From IMG/VR virus record IMGVR_UViG_3300043294_000406: a stretch of 25,802 bases of DNA. One strand, given 5' to 3'. The notes beneath the pieces are model-generated. The model had not been told where the DNA came from, did not search any database, and worked only from the letters and a program-made list of their open reading frames with translations. Origin of the DNA: a virus. Within the stretch, counting starts at the first letter, position 1. Every line of letters begins with the position of its first letter. Of this stretch, positions 24,455 through 25,802 are shown in pieces. The translations under genes and the position numbers were made by a program.

Positions 24455-24576
24455 GCGAGTACCAACACCTGTGCCTCCACGTGGGGTGCGTAAAGTATGT
24501 CCCTCGTGGGGAAAGCTTCTGCGAGCCTCACCGCATCGCCGAGATGGAACGAAAGAGAAAGGAGGGACAGGGGTAA
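24451..24576 (+). CDS. 41-aa Cys/His zinc-finger-like protein (not in ORF track)
   Basis: Translates as MSEYQHLCLHVGCVKYVPRGESFCEPHRIAEMERKRKEGQG*, with a C-x4-C...C-x2-H pattern. Confidence 0.65.
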   Translation: MSEYQHLCLHVGCVKYVPRGESFCEPHRIAEMERKRKEGQG

Positions 24577-24577
24577 G

Positions 24578-24790
24578 TTGAGCACTGTCGTTCCTGCTCA
24601 GTGGCTCGGCAAGAAGCCGCTTTCCGAGATGACCAACGAGGAGCTTTGCGACGAGATGGACAGGTACGAGGCCGAGTTCTACAGGATCCTCGGGAACGGT
24701 CAGTCTAATCAAAGGGGGGGAGCCTTGGCTAAGGGGCCCGCACAATCTCCCCATTCTGATTCATATACGAAGGTGGAGACCCCAAAGTGA
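24578..24790 (+). CDS. 70-aa hypothetical protein
   Basis: TTG start 1 nt after the previous stop (MSTVVPAQWLGKKPLSEMTNEELC...); GTGA overlap at the end. Confidence 0.65.
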   Translation: MSTVVPAQWLGKKPLSEMTNEELCDEMDRYEAEFYRILGNGQSNQRGGALAKGPAQSPHSDSYTKVETPK

Positions 24791-24960
24791 AGAGCCTCAC
24801 CCTAGAAGTCTCCAAGGCGGAGTCCGGTTACGTCGCGGTGCTCAGCAGGGGAGGCAGGATGAACCCCCTGCCCTTCGGCAAGAAGACGTTCGCCGGGGAC
24901 GACCTCGACAAACTGCTGACGGATGTAACGGCCAAAATCAAGGAGAGTTTTTCAAAGTGA
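24787..24960 (+). CDS. 57-aa protein, weakly HicB-N-terminal-like (not in ORF track)
   Basis: Translates as MKSLTLEVSKAESGYVAVLSRGGRMNPLPFGKKTFAGDDLDKLLTDVTAKIKESFSK*; GTGA overlaps at both ends. Confidence 0.7.
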   Translation: MKSLTLEVSKAESGYVAVLSRGGRMNPLPFGKKTFAGDDLDKLLTDVTAKIKESFSK

Positions 24961-25802
24961 CCCTCACAAAGTTCTACAAGCTTGCCCAGCCCGACGGCTG
25001 GGACTTCAGGACGGGACAAACCATCAATTATCGTGAAAACATTGGGAAAGCCGTCAGGGTCCCGAGGTTCGATTTTCCCGACGAGAAGAGAGCCCTTTGC
25101 ACTGATACCGTTCTCCACGCCTCCAGGACCGCAATCGACGCACTGCAGTACGCCAAGATTCCCTGCAGCATCTACTGTGTCCAAGGGAACCCGATAGTCA
25201 GGGACACGGACAAGTTCGGCTTCAAGGAACTGAAGGTCCTCGAAGAGGTCCCGCCGACGGAGTTTGACGAGCTGCTCGGGTTCAGGTACCAGGAGGTGCT
25301 GCACCCATTCGACCCTAGGACGATCGGAAGGAAGGAAGTGGGGCGCGAGGAGCTCGAAGAGCTCCGAGCGTGGGCCTCAGTCTGGGACTCAGTCAGGGCC
25401 TCAGTCTGGGCCTCAGTCTGGGACTCAGTCAGGGCCTCAGTCAGGGCCTCAGTCTGGGCCTCAGTCAGGGCCTCAGTCTGGGCCTCAGTCAGGGCCTCAG
25501 TCTGGGCCTCAGTCTGGGACTCAGTCAGGGCCTCAGTCTGGGACTCAGTCAGGGCCTCAGTCAGGGCCTCAGTCTGGGCCTCAGTCAGGGCCTCAGTCTG
25601 GGCCTCAGTCAGGGCCTCAGTCTGGGCCTCAGTCTGGGACTCAGTCAGGGCCTCAGTCTGGGACTCAGTCTGGGACTCAGAAGCTGCCTACATCGGCAGT
25701 CTCTTCGTCGGCATCAAGAAGTGGAAGTACACGGAGAAGCTGAAGGTCAGGGGCTACCCGTTCCAGACATGCGTCGACCTCATCAGGAAGGGCCTCGTGC
25801 CG
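24957..25802 (+). CDS. Phage-type protein with 26 (W/R)(A/D)SV tetrapeptide repeats; 3'-partial (not in ORF track because it has no stop)
   Basis: GTG at 24957 starts MTLTKFYKLAQPDGWDF...LHAS...ALQYAK...DKFGFKELKVLEE...LRA, then WASVWDSVRASV..., then WDSEAAYIGSLF. The frame is open to the window end. Confidence 0.85.
   Translation, partial: MTLTKFYKLAQPDGWDFRTGQTINYRENIGKAVRVPRFDFPDEKRALCTDTVLHASRTAIDALQYAKIPCSIYCVQGNPIVRDTDKFGFKELKVLEEVPPTEFDELLGFRYQEVLHPFDPRTIGRKEVGREELEELRAWASVWDSVRASVWASVWDSVRASVRASVWASVRASVWASVRASVWASVWDSVRASVWDSVRASVRASVWASVRASVWASVRASVWASVWDSVRASVWDSVWDSEAAYIGSLFVGIKKWKYTEKLKVRGYPFQTCVDLIRKGLVP
25371..25680 (+). repeat. 12-bp tandem repeat (T/A)GGG(C/A)CTCAGTC, 25 full copies and 1 partial
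   Basis: Read unit by unit: 8 WASV, 6 WDSV, 11 RASV, and a final WDSE. Units 6-15 are identical to units 16-25 (120-bp higher-order period). Confidence 0.97.

Larger units (their letters stand above)
1..25802. mobile_element. Temperate non-tailed archaeal virus or virus-like element (spindle-shaped or filamentous type), partial or linearised genome
   Basis: Contains a tyrosine integrase, a Zot/pI-like ATPase, small hydrophobic coat-like proteins, large membrane-anchored glycoprotein-like adhesins, four RHH regulators, a C5 MTase and DUF5131. Genes are densely coupled (ATGA/GTGA/TAGTG overlaps). No cellular housekeeping genes are present. Confidence 0.85.

Noticed and set aside
24787-24960. 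HicAB toxin-antitoxin pair
   Set aside because: The HicB resemblance is weak and no HicA-like neighbour is recognisable.
25371-25680. Tandem repeat as a CRISPR array or a DGR variable region
   Set aside because: There are no unique spacers and the units abut directly. Both variable positions toggle with A, but each has only two states rather than random substitution, and no reverse transcriptase or template repeat is in the window.
25264-25743. GPQS/GTQS repeat ORF from the ORF track
   Set aside because: It is an alternative frame of the repeat. The WASV frame is continuous with a coupled GTG start at 24957 and has protein-like sequence on both sides of the array.

Overview
The whole window reads as one genome of a temperate, non-tailed, probably enveloped archaeal virus or virus-like element. 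No host housekeeping genes, tRNA/rRNA or CRISPR array were seen. The archaeal assignment is inference, from TATA-like boxes about 26-35 nt upstream of starts, GGAGG/GGTGG Shine-Dalgarno motifs, many GTG/TTG starts, four ribbon-helix-helix (RHH) proteins, the integrase type and extracellular proteins rich in N-glycosylation sequons. Layout: (i) a DNA-modification module with a 5'-damaged C5 cytosine methyltransferase and a DUF5131/Gp37-Gp68 protein (1-2892); (ii) a virion module of about 15 kb, with a 1.4k-aa spike carrying a GH99-like endo-mannanase domain, a 39-aa single-helix candidate major coat protein missed by the ORF track, a 296-aa protein ending in an ungapped paralog of that helix, a 1789-aa surface protein with a thermopsin-like domain, and a 634-aa Ig-repeat protein (3198-17441); (iii) a morphogenesis module with membrane and basic proteins, coupled micro-ORFs and a Zot/pI-like ATPase fused to an Hjc-like PD-(D/E)xK domain (17445-21496); (iv) an internal tyrosine integrase, a divergent RHH pair sharing a palindromic TATA region, and an early operon ending in a protein built on 26 copies of a 12-bp (W/R)(A/D)SV repeat (21486-25802). 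No HK97 or jelly-roll capsid, terminase, portal or replication protein is recognisable. All family assignments are by-eye motif recognition, with no database searches run.
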